Of a stretch of 64,000 nt of DNA, positions 21,656 to 31,837 are shown piece by piece. A program made the translations under genes and the position numbers. The DNA comes from Bacteroidales bacterium (GTDB taxonomy: Bacteria; Bacteroidota; Bacteroidia; Bacteroidales; UBA10428). Position 1 is the stretch's first letter; each line of letters starts with the position of its first letter. The stretch is from the NCBI GenBank assembly GCA_016935435.1, contig JAFGQZ010000054.1, positions 8,578 to 72,577 of the forward strand, in the 5' to 3' direction. A model generated the notes under the pieces. The model saw only the letters and a program-made list of their open reading frames with translations, was not told the origin of the DNA and made no database searches.

Positions 21656-22594
21656 ATGAAAAGAAAATATGCCATTGGAACCGACATAGGCGGCAGCCAT
21701 ATTTGCGCCGTAGCAATTGATCTGGAAAGCGGCTTGATGTTAACCGACAGCTTTACATCGAGCAACCTTAGTAATAAAGCCCCTGCCGATGAAATACTTG
21801 GCTGTTGGGGCAAAGTGCTTGGTAAAACTATTGCTTTTGTTGAAAAAAAGCAGCTTGCCGGAATTGGCTTTGCCATGCCCGGGCCATTCGAATACGACAA
21901 AGGCATCGCACGTTTTACGCACGAGGTCGATAAGTACGAAAGCCTTAATGGGCTCGATATTGCCCTTGAACTTCAAAATATTCTTGGCCTTGACAACGAA
22001 ACTCATTTCCGGTTTATGAACGATGCAACTTCTTTTGCTGTAGGCGAAGCCTGGAAAGGAAGTGCAGCATCGTGCAAAAAATCGGTTTGCCTTACCCTGG
22101 GAACAGGTTTTGGTTCAGCCTTTATCGATTCGGGCATTCCGGTTTTGGAAGGCGACAATGTGCCCCACATGGGTTGTGTTTGGCACTTGCCATTTATGAG
22201 TGGTATTGCCGACGATTATTTCTCGACAAGGTGGTTTATTAAACGCTATGCAGAGATTTCGGGGCAACGCATGCCCGGGGTAAAAGAAATAGCCATGAAA
22301 GCTGCAACAGATGCCCAGGCCAGGAAGCTTTTTGAAGAATATGGCGCCAATATTGGCGGGTTTATTGCCCCGTGGGTGAAAAAGTTTGGGGCACAATGTA
22401 TTGTTATCGGGGGCAACATTACAAAATCGTTCCATTTGTTCGAGAACATGTTTAAAAGTGCCCTTACGGCTGCCGGCGCAACTCCCGAAATACACCTTTC
22501 GGAGCTGGGCGAAACTGCAGCCATGATGGGAAGCGCCCGGCTTATGGAAGAAAATTTCTGGGTTCGGGTAAAACCCTTACTTTCGAAGATGTAA
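21656..22594 (+). CDS. ROK family sugar kinase
   Basis: IGTDIGGSH, GFAMPGPF, FMNDATSFAVGE, LTLGTGFGSAF. Confidence 0.9.
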   Translation: MKRKYAIGTDIGGSHICAVAIDLESGLMLTDSFTSSNLSNKAPADEILGCWGKVLGKTIAFVEKKQLAGIGFAMPGPFEYDKGIARFTHEVDKYESLNGLDIALELQNILGLDNETHFRFMNDATSFAVGEAWKGSAASCKKSVCLTLGTGFGSAFIDSGIPVLEGDNVPHMGCVWHLPFMSGIADDYFSTRWFIKRYAEISGQRMPGVKEIAMKAATDAQARKLFEEYGANIGGFIAPWVKKFGAQCIVIGGNITKSFHLFENMFKSALTAAGATPEIHLSELGETAAMMGSARLMEENFWVRVKPLLSKM

Positions 22595-22611
22595 AATTTA
22601 ACACCAATAAA

Positions 22612-23769
22612 ATGCAAAACAAAAACTTTAACCCCAAACTTTATCCGGTACTGTTCGGGTTTTTTATTATGGGCTTTGTGGATGTAGTTGGTATTTCAAC
22701 CAGCTACGTTAAGTCCGATTTTGGCCTGAGCGATACACTGGCAAACCTTTTGCCTATGATGGTATTTTTATGGTTTGCCGTATTTTCGGTGCCAACCGGC
22801 CTGTTAATGAACAAGCTGGGGCGCAGGAACACGGTTTTAATCAGCATGGCCTTTACGTTTATTGCCATGCTCATACCATTTTTTTCCTACACTTTTGTAT
22901 TAGTGCTTATTGCATTTGCTTTTTTAGGTATAGGCAATACCATATTGCAGGTGTCGTTAAACCCGCTGCTTACAAATGTGGTGCGTGGCGACAGGCTCAC
23001 CAGCAGCCTTACCCTCGGGCAGTTTATTAAGGCTATAGCCTCCTTTCTTGGGCCAATTATTGCCGGTGTTGCTGCCAGCAAATTTGGCAACTGGAAACTC
23101 ATTTTTCCGGTATTTGCGGTGGTTACCCTTTTATCGTCGTTATGGCTGCTGGCCACCCCTATAAAAGAGTCGGAAGCCAGCCAGGCAAAATCGTCGTTTG
23201 GCGCCTGCTTTGGTTTGCTTGGCGATAAAGTAATTTTAATGCTCTTTTTGGGAATTCTTGCCGTAGTGGGGCTCGATGTAGGGCTCAATACCATAGTTCC
23301 TAAATTTTTAATGGAAAAGTGCCAGATACCCCTGGAAGAAGCAGGGCTGGGCACCAGCCTTTATTTTGCCGCCCGCACCCTTGGTACTTTCATTGGGGCA
23401 ATACTGCTGGTAAAAATTTCGGCTGCAAAGTTTTTCAGGATAAATATTTTGGTTGCTATTGCTGCTATGGCAATAATTTTATTTGTCGGCAACCTGTGGG
23501 GCATTGCAGCAATGGTATTCGTACTGGGCTTTTCCCTGGCAAATGTGTTCTCAATAATTTTTTCGGCTGCTATACAGCGCCTGCCTGACCGTGCCAACGA
23601 AATTTCGGGCTTAATGATTATGGGCGTCGCTGGTGGCGCTGTGTTCCCGTTTCTAATGGGACTTGCTACTGATTATTCAGGTACCCAGTCGGGTGGTATG
23701 CTGGTGTTGTTTGCCGCCCTTGTTTACCTGTTGTTTGCGGCATTCAGGGTAAAAGACGCAAAAAAGTAA
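22612..23769 (+). CDS. MFS sugar transporter (FucP/NagP-like)
   Basis: About 12 hydrophobic helices; GFVDVVG, GNTILQVSLNP, GVAGGAV. Confidence 0.88.
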   Translation: MQNKNFNPKLYPVLFGFFIMGFVDVVGISTSYVKSDFGLSDTLANLLPMMVFLWFAVFSVPTGLLMNKLGRRNTVLISMAFTFIAMLIPFFSYTFVLVLIAFAFLGIGNTILQVSLNPLLTNVVRGDRLTSSLTLGQFIKAIASFLGPIIAGVAASKFGNWKLIFPVFAVVTLLSSLWLLATPIKESEASQAKSSFGACFGLLGDKVILMLFLGILAVVGLDVGLNTIVPKFLMEKCQIPLEEAGLGTSLYFAARTLGTFIGAILLVKISAAKFFRINILVAIAAMAIILFVGNLWGIAAMVFVLGFSLANVFSIIFSAAIQRLPDRANEISGLMIMGVAGGAVFPFLMGLATDYSGTQSGGMLVLFAALVYLLFAAFRVKDAKK

Positions 23770-23802
23770 TCTTCACATAAAAGTTAGTTAAATAAATGAA
23801 GC

Positions 23803-23836
23803 AAAAAAAAACGGAGGGCACATTGCCCTCCGTTTT
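23803..23836. terminator. Bidirectional terminator between MFS and the SusCD locus
   Basis: AAAACGGAGGGCA-CAT-TGCCCTCCGTTTT, with an A-run upstream and a T-run downstream. Confidence 0.8.
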
Positions 23837-23907
23837 CGATTTATGAAAAAACCTTACCAGCATAATCCCATCAAGCAACAAAATATTGCCCGGTTTCAAG
23901 AGATTAA

Positions 23908-24933
23908 TCAGTTAATGCCTATATACTTGTTATGGGTATAGCTTAATGAGAAATTTCCGAGGTTCGAAAAATAAAAGTTAATTAACCTGGCAGGGTTGGT
24001 GGCAATTTCACCCGCACCGGGGGTGTCATCTTTATCGTCCCAGTTCCAGGGGGTATTGGCGCCACCATAGCCCACACTTTTAACAAACGATTTCTGATCG
24101 GCATTAAACATGTTGTTGTTGGTGCGTTGTTGCCACATTTGCCCCGGGGCAAAAATATCGATCAGTTTATAAGGAACAAACTGGTCATAAGCATCCGAAG
24201 GTGCCTCAGCTACATCGTTAAAAGAAGGATAATATTTTACGCCATCGCCATTTATTTTATAGTATGGCCATGCCTTTAATCCATGACCTTTAGCCTCCTG
24301 GGCAGTTACAGGGTGGTTTTCGCCGTTATAATGCTCAAACGACAAAGTGCCATCAATCGATTCCTGGTTAGCGCCAACAGAGCTGCCAGCAGGCACATAC
24401 GAATAGAAATCGGAATGGGCAACAGTTACGGCAGCCTGCAAAGAGCCATAATCCGTGCCATCTTTTTTTATTGATAACAGCATACCCTCTAAATCGTTTT
24501 CGTGCTCTCCCCAATAATATTCTATTGGGTTATCTGTCCAGTCGCGTGGGTGGAAAAAGGCATACAGGATAAACCAGTTTGTAGAAGTTTCAACAACAGA
24601 ATAATACACCACTGCATTTGCCGGGAACCTGCTTAAATTGTTCCAGTTGTTGGTGCCGTTCCAATCGCCATCGTAATCTATGGCTGTAATGTAGTCGGCT
24701 TTCCCGTTCAGGCCATGCGAACCGGTTACATCCACGTCCTGTTGGTGAACAGGTGCCCAGCGTTTAGCCAGTTGGTTATGAGTTACGGCGGCCTTAAGGG
24801 TACCTTCGGCAACCTGGCTTTCTATTATGGATTTTTCTTCCAGAATATCATTGTTATCGCAAGATATGGCAGTTAAAGCAATTATGAGCACTGCCAATGC
24901 TAAAAGAAACGAGAAATTATTTTTGTGTTTCAT
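23908..24933 (-). CDS. Uncharacterised lipoprotein with NPP1/Vps62-like motifs
   Basis: ATG 24933 gives a lipoprotein signal (ALTAISC). Motifs WAPVHQQD, DYDGDW, ILYAFFHPRDW, EHENDLEG, QEAKGHG. Last gene of the susCD operon. Confidence 0.7.
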   Translation of the reverse strand: MKHKNNFSFLLALAVLIIALTAISCDNNDILEEKSIIESQVAEGTLKAAVTHNQLAKRWAPVHQQDVDVTGSHGLNGKADYITAIDYDGDWNGTNNWNNLSRFPANAVVYYSVVETSTNWFILYAFFHPRDWTDNPIEYYWGEHENDLEGMLLSIKKDGTDYGSLQAAVTVAHSDFYSYVPAGSSVGANQESIDGTLSFEHYNGENHPVTAQEAKGHGLKAWPYYKINGDGVKYYPSFNDVAEAPSDAYDQFVPYKLIDIFAPGQMWQQRTNNNMFNADQKSFVKSVGYGGANTPWNWDDKDDTPGAGEIATNPARLINFYFSNLGNFSLSYTHNKYIGIN

Positions 24934-25024
24934 GATATTACATTTTTTTAATTTGTTATAAGTATTTTTGTGCCAATAGTTTGTAATTGGTCTTTTGTGC
25001 CTGAGGGTAAAAGCAGGGGTAACA

Positions 25025-26770
25025 TTAATTGTACCCTGCATTTTGTTTAATGTCTTTGTTTACATCCAGTTCAGACTGTGGTATAGGAAAAACCCTTCGG
25101 TAAGGTTCTGAAACAGGTTTTGCCGTGTATGCATTTTTAAAAGTGCCAAACCGGATCATTTGTTGTCTGCGTTCCCCTTCCCAGTATAACTCATAACTTA
25201 TTTCGTTGTATAATACTTGATTGTCGAGTGAGGTTATTGGGGTACCATAATATTTGTTCCCATCAATATCAATACTCCACCTTTTAGTCCTGAGTTCGTT
25301 TATCAGGGCAAGGGCACCTGCTGCATCGCCTTTTCTGAACAATGCCTCGGCACGCATGGTATAAATGCCCCCCAGCCTGAATATAGGCAGGTCGGCACTA
25401 CCTTTCTGCCTTCCGTTTTCGGCATCGTACTCCTGTTTAAAAACCCTTACCCCCCGGTTTATCTGGTTTTGCGTAAAGGAGGCATCGTTCGGGTTATCGA
25501 AGTTCAGTTCGCGGGTAAAGTTCATTTCAAGGTTTGGCGTTTTTTCGGTATATAATTTCTGTACCAGCACCCTGGAATTATCAATTGAATCCATAACAAA
25601 CTTTCCGCTAACAATTATCGGGCCCCATTGTTGGCCTTCCTGAAAACCCCTGTTAAAATGAAAAACACCGCTATAAGGAAGGCTCCCGTCGGTGCCATCG
25701 TTACGAAAAGGCACGCCGCCATTCTTAAGTGTATAGCGGTGGAAGCGTGGATCGGTGCGGTTATTGTCCCAGGTGGCATAGTATTCGGGGGTAATACAGG
25801 TGGCATTTGAACCCCTGTTGTTATCGGGGTTTGCCTTCTGGTTTCGCGCCATTGAAAGGTACGTGATATGGTTTGCCCCCGGGTTGGGGCCAGTGGCCAA
25901 TTGCGAAATAGCAAATATTATTTCAGGGCTTTGGTCGTTGTTGACTCCAAAAATTTCGAAATAATCGCCCTGAAGTTCAAATTTGCCCGATTGGATTATC
26001 TTATCGGTATATTCAATCACTTTATCCATATACCCGCCAGCTATAAAATTAAAGTTAGACGCTTCTTTAAAACGATCGTCATAAACAGCCTTATTCAGGT
26101 ATATCTTTGCCAATAATGCATAAGCAGCTTCTTTGGTAAACCTGCCTGTATGGGTTCCGTTTTCTCCTTTGCTGGCGAGGTTTGGTATTGCATCAAGGAG
26201 CATATCTATACATAACTGTATAGCTTCGTTGCCTTGTTTAATAACCGGGGCATCAACAAAACTCAGGTTAAAAGGGTTCCGGTATGGTACTTTATCGAAT
26301 AAATCAATCAGGTTGTATGTGTATAAAGCCCATAGCCCACAAGCTTCGGCCAGGTACATTTCCTTATTGGCAATATCGCTGTCTTTCAACAAATCGATGG
26401 CGCTTGCAGCTTGCGCTATAGCAGAATTAAGAGATACCCAATTGTCTTCAATTTTCGTATTTGCCGCATTCCAGGTAAACTCATGAAGGGCTTTCCACAT
26501 GCCGCCATCGCGCCAGTCTTCGCCCCTAACAGGCAGCACGGTTTCGTCGGTGGTTAATTGTTGAAGGGCCCAGGTGGTGCCATATTCAGCAAATACTTTC
26601 TCGCCTTTGTCGTAAGCTGCGGCCAAAAGCGATATGCCGGCACCTTCTAATGTATGAATGTCTTGCGACATGATCTCGTCAATTACCTGTTCTTCCAAAT
26701 CGGTACAGGCATTTAAAATTATGCATGCGCTGAAAAAGGCGCAGATCGATCGTATGTTAAAAAAATTCAT
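25025..26770 (-). CDS. SusD/RagB family lipoprotein
   Basis: LNACTDLEE lipobox; GRFTKEAAYALLAKIYLN; ELYWEGERRQQMIRFG; FPIPQSE..QNAGY. Confidence 0.93.
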   Translation of the reverse strand: MNFFNIRSICAFFSACIILNACTDLEEQVIDEIMSQDIHTLEGAGISLLAAAYDKGEKVFAEYGTTWALQQLTTDETVLPVRGEDWRDGGMWKALHEFTWNAANTKIEDNWVSLNSAIAQAASAIDLLKDSDIANKEMYLAEACGLWALYTYNLIDLFDKVPYRNPFNLSFVDAPVIKQGNEAIQLCIDMLLDAIPNLASKGENGTHTGRFTKEAAYALLAKIYLNKAVYDDRFKEASNFNFIAGGYMDKVIEYTDKIIQSGKFELQGDYFEIFGVNNDQSPEIIFAISQLATGPNPGANHITYLSMARNQKANPDNNRGSNATCITPEYYATWDNNRTDPRFHRYTLKNGGVPFRNDGTDGSLPYSGVFHFNRGFQEGQQWGPIIVSGKFVMDSIDNSRVLVQKLYTEKTPNLEMNFTRELNFDNPNDASFTQNQINRGVRVFKQEYDAENGRQKGSADLPIFRLGGIYTMRAEALFRKGDAAGALALINELRTKRWSIDIDGNKYYGTPITSLDNQVLYNEISYELYWEGERRQQMIRFGTFKNAYTAKPVSEPYRRVFPIPQSELDVNKDIKQNAGYN

Positions 26771-26781
26771 ATTCTGGTTTA

Positions 26782-29700
26782 TTAAAATTTAATTGTTGTT
26801 CCGAACATAAATGTCTTGGCAGAGGGGTAGCTTGCATAATCCATACCAAGGGATGAATTGCCGTTTACGTCGCGCGAGGTGTTAACTACTGGGTCGAAAC
26901 CGCTGTATTGGGTCAGGGTGAACAGATTTTGTGCACTGGCATAAACAGTGAGCTGGTTTATAGCCTTTATTTTACTTTCGTTAAAGGTATATGCGAACCT
27001 GATATTGTTAAGGCGCAGGTAGTCAGATTTTTCCAAATAATAATCGGAAACAACTAAGCCGTCGTTTGCCGATTGTCCGGAATTCAGGACATCTTGCGAA
27101 ATGTTTTTGCTGCTAAACAGGTTCGACATGGTATTGGTGGCCAGTTTCGTGTTGTTAAACAGGTAAGCCCCTTTCTGTCCGTTTATTGAGAACGACAGGC
27201 TGAAATTTTTGTAGTCGATTATGCTATGTAAGCCAAAAGTGAACGTGGGAAGGGCACTTTCAATTAAAATTTTTTCAGGCCCGTAAATTGAAAGCCCATT
27301 TTCATCAAACCCCTGGTGATCCCATAAATAGAAAGAACCTGCTGCATACCCGTTTTTATAAATATTGACCGTTTCGCCCGAAACACCCGAACCCGAAACA
27401 CTTCCCGAGAGTATTTCGCTTACTGGCAGGTTCTTTACCTCGTTATCGAGGGTAGCACAATTGACATCGACATACCATTTAAAATCGCTCGATTTTACAA
27501 TGTCGCTGCCAAGGGTAACTTCAATACCTGTGTTTACAATTTCCCCATTCATATTTGTCCATATATCAGAAAAGTTTGGCTGTATTGCAGGAATTAGTAA
27601 TATGGCATCGGTTGTGCTTTTTCTAAAGTAATCAAGTGTTCCTCGTAGTTTTCCGCTAAAGAAATTGAAATCGGCCCCCAGGTTTGTTTGCGTTACAACC
27701 TCCCATTTTAAGTCGGGGTTACTGGTACGGGTATAAATAATCCCGTTAATCAGTTCCTTGTCTTTGCCGTTCATGTAATATCCGTTGGAAGAAGTAATAG
27801 AGTATGTTTCCTGGGTTACCTTATTAGGCACTTCCTGGTTGCCGGTTTGCCCCCAGCTGGCGCGAAGTTTTAAGTCGGAAATTGCACCCTGTTGATTAAG
27901 GAAATTTTCCCGTCCGATGTTCCATGCAACGGCCAGCGATGGAAAATAACCGTATTTATTGTTCTCGCCAAAACGGGTTGAACCATCGGCACGCAGCGAG
28001 GCAGTAAGGTAATATTTTCCACTGTTCGAATAATTAATACGCCCAAAAAACGATTGCAGCTCATTGATTTCGGCATACCCCCTTGCCTCAATTTCTTCCT
28101 GGTTGCCTGAAATTCCCGGGTTATTTGAAGGATCGATGCCATTGTCTTCGAATTCGGTAACACCGAATATGGTTCCCGAACGATTGAATTTTTGGTACGA
28201 AAACCCCGATAAGGCAATAATCCTATTGTTTTTAAACTGTAAATCATAGGTTAGGAAGTGTTCAATTAGCGAGTTATGCATTTCGTTTTTTTGTTCAAAA
28301 TACGAACCCGTGTTCTCTATTTCGGTTGTGTTGGGGAAATAGGTAGTGTTCCGTTCCGATACAGAGCGATCGACTCCCAGGTTTAACTGATATTCCAGCC
28401 CTTTCACCAACCGGTATTTAGCCTCTATATTGCTTAGTACACGCAGGGTGTTGGCATGGTCGTCATAAAAGTGGAGCATGTAAACAGGGTTGTAGCTCCC
28501 TTCGGTGTCGAAATCGTATATTTCACCATTTTGGTCATAAACCGGCCGGGTAGGGTTGGCTTTAAGCATGTGGGTGATAAGTTCTCCTGTTGCCCCTCCG
28601 TTGTCGCTTGTTGGGGCGCCGTTATCTTTCAGTTGCGAGGCGGTTAGATTGATATTAACCCTTAAACGTTGATCGTTAAAGAACGACTCTGTTACATTAA
28701 ACCTTCCGGCTAACCGCTCAAAAGCACTTTCTTTTATTATACCTTCCTGCCCCATGTGGCTAAGCGACATGTAGTAACTTCCGGTTTTAGAGCTGTTGGA
28801 GAATGAAAAATTGTTGTTGGTAGTATAGGCAGTTCGCATAATGGCATCTTGCCAATCGGTTGAAGCATTCGGCACGTGGGTGTGCTCGGGGTTTACTTTT
28901 GCATATTCTGCACCTGTAAGCAGATCGATTTTATTCGCAATTTTCGAAACCCCTAGGTATGAGTCGAAAGTGAAATCGGCTTCGTTGCCCTTTCCCTTTT
29001 TTGTTGTAATAATTATTACACCATTAGAACCACGTGCGCCATATATTGCAGAAGCCGAAGCATCTTTTAAAACGCTAATCGACTCAATATCGGCTGGGTT
29101 GAGAAAATTCAGAGGGTTTCTGGCCCTGGAAGTCCCTATCCCATCGTTTACCCCGGCAGGGCTAACATTGTCGTTGCTTAAAGGAACACCATCGACTACA
29201 AATAGCGGATCGTTGCCTGAGCGGATTGAGCCAGCCCCACGGATTAGCACATCGATGCCTGCCCCTGGTTCGCCGCTGGAGTTTATTATATGCACACCTG
29301 CAAGCTTTCCCTGGAACAATTGTTCGGGCGACGATACTACACCGTTATTGAAGGAACCAGCATTTAAGCCGTCAACCGATCCGGTTACATCCGCTTTGTT
29401 TTGGTTTGCATAGCCCACTACAACTACTTCGTCGAAATCGAACGATTCCGGCTCAAGCGAAACGTTGAGCACTAAATGGCTTCCAGCTTCCAAAGCGAGG
29501 GGCTTATAACCAATATACGAAAATTTTATAACAGCCCCGGGGAAGGCCGCAATAGAATATTTGCCGTTTATATCTGCAATGGTGCCTTCTTGTGTGCCTT
29601 TTACTGAAACGGTTACCCCAACAAGCGGTTCGCCGGTTTCGCTGTCGGTTACCGTACCACTTATGGTTTGTTTTTGTAGTTTCTTTACAGAAACCTTGTA

Positions 29701-30027
29701 GTCGCCAATGCGGTACTCGAAACCTGCCTGCGACGACAGGTTGTTTAAAACAGAACGCAGGCCTGTATTTTCATATTCTATCGAAAAGGTTTCGTTGGCG
29801 TTTCGAATTTCTCCCCCATAGGCAAATTCATAGCCTGATTTTTTTTCAAGTTCATTAAAGATTTTTTCCAGGCTGGCATCTTTGATATTTATTGATATTG
29901 CCGTATCGGTATTTGCCTGAGGGAAAGCAAAACCGGTAAATACGAACAGGAATAGATAAAGTATTACGAAAATCCTGTTATTTTTGTATTTCACAAGTTT
30001 TTTTGCCGACTTGTTTAAATAATTCAT
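26782..30027 (-). CDS. SusC/RagA TonB-dependent transporter with N-terminal signalling (STN) extension
   Basis: STN domain, CarboxypepD_reg-like domain, LKDASASAIYGARGSNGVIIITTKKG, NPDLKWE, terminal F. Confidence 0.96.
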   Translation of the reverse strand: MNYLNKSAKKLVKYKNNRIFVILYLFLFVFTGFAFPQANTDTAISINIKDASLEKIFNELEKKSGYEFAYGGEIRNANETFSIEYENTGLRSVLNNLSSQAGFEYRIGDYKVSVKKLQKQTISGTVTDSETGEPLVGVTVSVKGTQEGTIADINGKYSIAAFPGAVIKFSYIGYKPLALEAGSHLVLNVSLEPESFDFDEVVVVGYANQNKADVTGSVDGLNAGSFNNGVVSSPEQLFQGKLAGVHIINSSGEPGAGIDVLIRGAGSIRSGNDPLFVVDGVPLSNDNVSPAGVNDGIGTSRARNPLNFLNPADIESISVLKDASASAIYGARGSNGVIIITTKKGKGNEADFTFDSYLGVSKIANKIDLLTGAEYAKVNPEHTHVPNASTDWQDAIMRTAYTTNNNFSFSNSSKTGSYYMSLSHMGQEGIIKESAFERLAGRFNVTESFFNDQRLRVNINLTASQLKDNGAPTSDNGGATGELITHMLKANPTRPVYDQNGEIYDFDTEGSYNPVYMLHFYDDHANTLRVLSNIEAKYRLVKGLEYQLNLGVDRSVSERNTTYFPNTTEIENTGSYFEQKNEMHNSLIEHFLTYDLQFKNNRIIALSGFSYQKFNRSGTIFGVTEFEDNGIDPSNNPGISGNQEEIEARGYAEINELQSFFGRINYSNSGKYYLTASLRADGSTRFGENNKYGYFPSLAVAWNIGRENFLNQQGAISDLKLRASWGQTGNQEVPNKVTQETYSITSSNGYYMNGKDKELINGIIYTRTSNPDLKWEVVTQTNLGADFNFFSGKLRGTLDYFRKSTTDAILLIPAIQPNFSDIWTNMNGEIVNTGIEVTLGSDIVKSSDFKWYVDVNCATLDNEVKNLPVSEILSGSVSGSGVSGETVNIYKNGYAAGSFYLWDHQGFDENGLSIYGPEKILIESALPTFTFGLHSIIDYKNFSLSFSINGQKGAYLFNNTKLATNTMSNLFSSKNISQDVLNSGQSANDGLVVSDYYLEKSDYLRLNNIRFAYTFNESKIKAINQLTVYASAQNLFTLTQYSGFDPVVNTSRDVNGNSSLGMDYASYPSAKTFMFGTTIKF

Positions 30028-30110
30028 AAATTAATGTTTTAATTGTTTTTATAATAAAATGATTAATTCTCCCAACCGGAACTGTTGCCGCAGTTCCGGT
30101 TTATTTTTTG
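29979..30110 (+). ncRNA. Candidate cis-antisense sRNA spanning the susC start codon
   Basis: Plus-strand TATTTTTG (-7 consensus) at 29979-29986 and a plus-oriented terminator AACCGGAACTG-TTGCCG-CAGTTCCGGTT-TATTTTTT at 30074-30109. Confidence 0.45.
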
Positions 30111-30124
30111 TTTCTGCCTTTTTA

Positions 30125-31141
30125 TTATATTTTCCTCCTTTCTTTGTAGGGGTTAAACACTAGTATTGTACCATCCGGCTGGAAATGATATTCAAAACCG
30201 GCAATAAATTTAAGATCGTCCATAACAGTTATAAAACTGGCATTCTGGTACGATGCCTTAACTGTTTCTTTTAATAAACCAGTATCGGTGCAGTTTATCT
30301 TTAGTGCGTATGAACGTTCGAGAGTGGCAAAAGCTTCTTGAAGGGTTTCGTGACTGAAAGTTATTTTGCCCTGAAGCCAGCCAATACGCTCGTCCACATT
30401 GGCAGTAGTTTTACTTATGCTTTTCTCGGAAAGACGAAAAACAGATTGTTCGCCTTCTTTGAGAATAATATTTTCGGCACCCGATGCGCCATTTTGTGCC
30501 GCACTCACCTGAACACGGCCATCTGTAACAGTAACCCGACTATTGCTATTGGTGTATGCCTCTATGTTAAAAGAGGTTCCCAGAACAGTTACACAAACAC
30601 TGCCGGTTGAAACAACAAATGGCCTTGCAGAATCTTTCGCTACCTGAAAAAAGGCTTCGCCGGTTAATCTTACTTCGCGTACCGGGCCATTAAAATGCTT
30701 GGGGAAAGAAAGTTCTGAACCTGAGTTTAAAACAATAAGTGTGCCATCGGAAAGGCTTATCTTTTGTTTCACTCCATTTGGAACAAATACAGTGCAAAGC
30801 TTATCGGTGTAGCATAAAACCGGAGTGCTTGATGTTAGTTGCCTGGCCAGAAATCCTATAGATGCGAGTACTAGCAACGAGGCGGCAATTTTATAGAATA
30901 ATGCTTTCTGTTTTCGTTTCTCGAGGTGGGGCAGGGGTGTTCTATCAACAATAAGGCTGGTTTTTTTTTCAATGCCGGCTTTTATTTTATCCCCCAGGCT
31001 TTTGGGAATTGAAATATTTCTACTGTCGGCCAACAGCGATTCGGTCCATTGTTCAAATATTTCTTTACCTTTTTCGTTGGGTATTCCCCTGAAGTAATCA
31101 CAGAGTTGATGTTCCTTATTTTTTTTATCTGTTTTGCCCAT
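30125..31141 (-). CDS. FecR family anti-sigma factor
   Basis: TM helix (KIAASLLVL), LSDGTLIVLNSGSEL, REVRLTGEAFFQV, VLGTSFNI. Confidence 0.93.
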   Translation of the reverse strand: MGKTDKKNKEHQLCDYFRGIPNEKGKEIFEQWTESLLADSRNISIPKSLGDKIKAGIEKKTSLIVDRTPLPHLEKRKQKALFYKIAASLLVLASIGFLARQLTSSTPVLCYTDKLCTVFVPNGVKQKISLSDGTLIVLNSGSELSFPKHFNGPVREVRLTGEAFFQVAKDSARPFVVSTGSVCVTVLGTSFNIEAYTNSNSRVTVTDGRVQVSAAQNGASGAENIILKEGEQSVFRLSEKSISKTTANVDERIGWLQGKITFSHETLQEAFATLERSYALKINCTDTGLLKETVKASYQNASFITVMDDLKFIAGFEYHFQPDGTILVFNPYKERRKI

Positions 31142-31276
31142 AATTAAGGTTAACTGTATAATAGTCGGTCAAAACCTAAAAAAGTACTATGCCGGGCTTT
31201 ACTTTTTTTTATAAGAAAATAATGTTGCATTATAACGAACAGGTATTTAGAAATATAAATACAAAACAACAGAGAA

Positions 31277-31837
31277 TCAGCAAGCAAGTAATTTTTGCCA
31301 ATGTGGCTTAATTAAGTTAACAGCGTTTGTTAATTGGTTTTTTACTGTTTGTTTCGATAATTTAAGTTTTTCTGCAATTTCATTTATTGACAGGTCTTCG
31401 AACTTATTCAGGATAAAGATTTCACGGCAGCGTTCGGGCAGTAGGTCGATTTTTTTATTTAGGATTTGCTGGTTTTCAATCAATACATATTTCTGTTCCG
31501 GAGTTGCCCAGCTTATTTTTTGCAGGTCGTGAATAATTCTTTGTGCATATTGCACAAACAATCTTTCGCGTCTGATTTTATCGTAAAGCTTATTTTTAAT
31601 AATGCCAAAAATATATTGCTTAACAGAGGTGCAAATTGCAATTTGTTCACGCTTTATCCATAAATCAATAAAGGAATCTTGCACCAGATCTTCAGCTTCG
31701 GAAGGAGAGTTTGTAGCTTTAAGGGCAAATAAATAAAATTCCTTCCAATATGCAGCAAAAATATCGTTAAAAGCATTCTTGTCTCCATTTTTGAGCTTTT
31801 CTGTAAGATTTAGCTGGTTTTCTTTATCCATTTTCAT
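31277..31837 (-). CDS. ECF RNA polymerase sigma-70 factor
   Basis: AEDLVQDSFIDLW (region 2); LPERCREIF..LSINEIAEKLKLSKQTVKNQL (region 4). Confidence 0.95.
   Translation of the reverse strand: MKMDKENQLNLTEKLKNGDKNAFNDIFAAYWKEFYLFALKATNSPSEAEDLVQDSFIDLWIKREQIAICTSVKQYIFGIIKNKLYDKIRRERLFVQYAQRIIHDLQKISWATPEQKYVLIENQQILNKKIDLLPERCREIFILNKFEDLSINEIAEKLKLSKQTVKNQLTNAVNLIKPHWQKLLAC

Noticed and set aside
23908-25041. Apparent overlaps from long track starts (also rnc 2754, HTCS 16563, second RRM 32541)
   Set aside because: Downstream starts give proper signal peptides or family N-termini and remove the overlaps.
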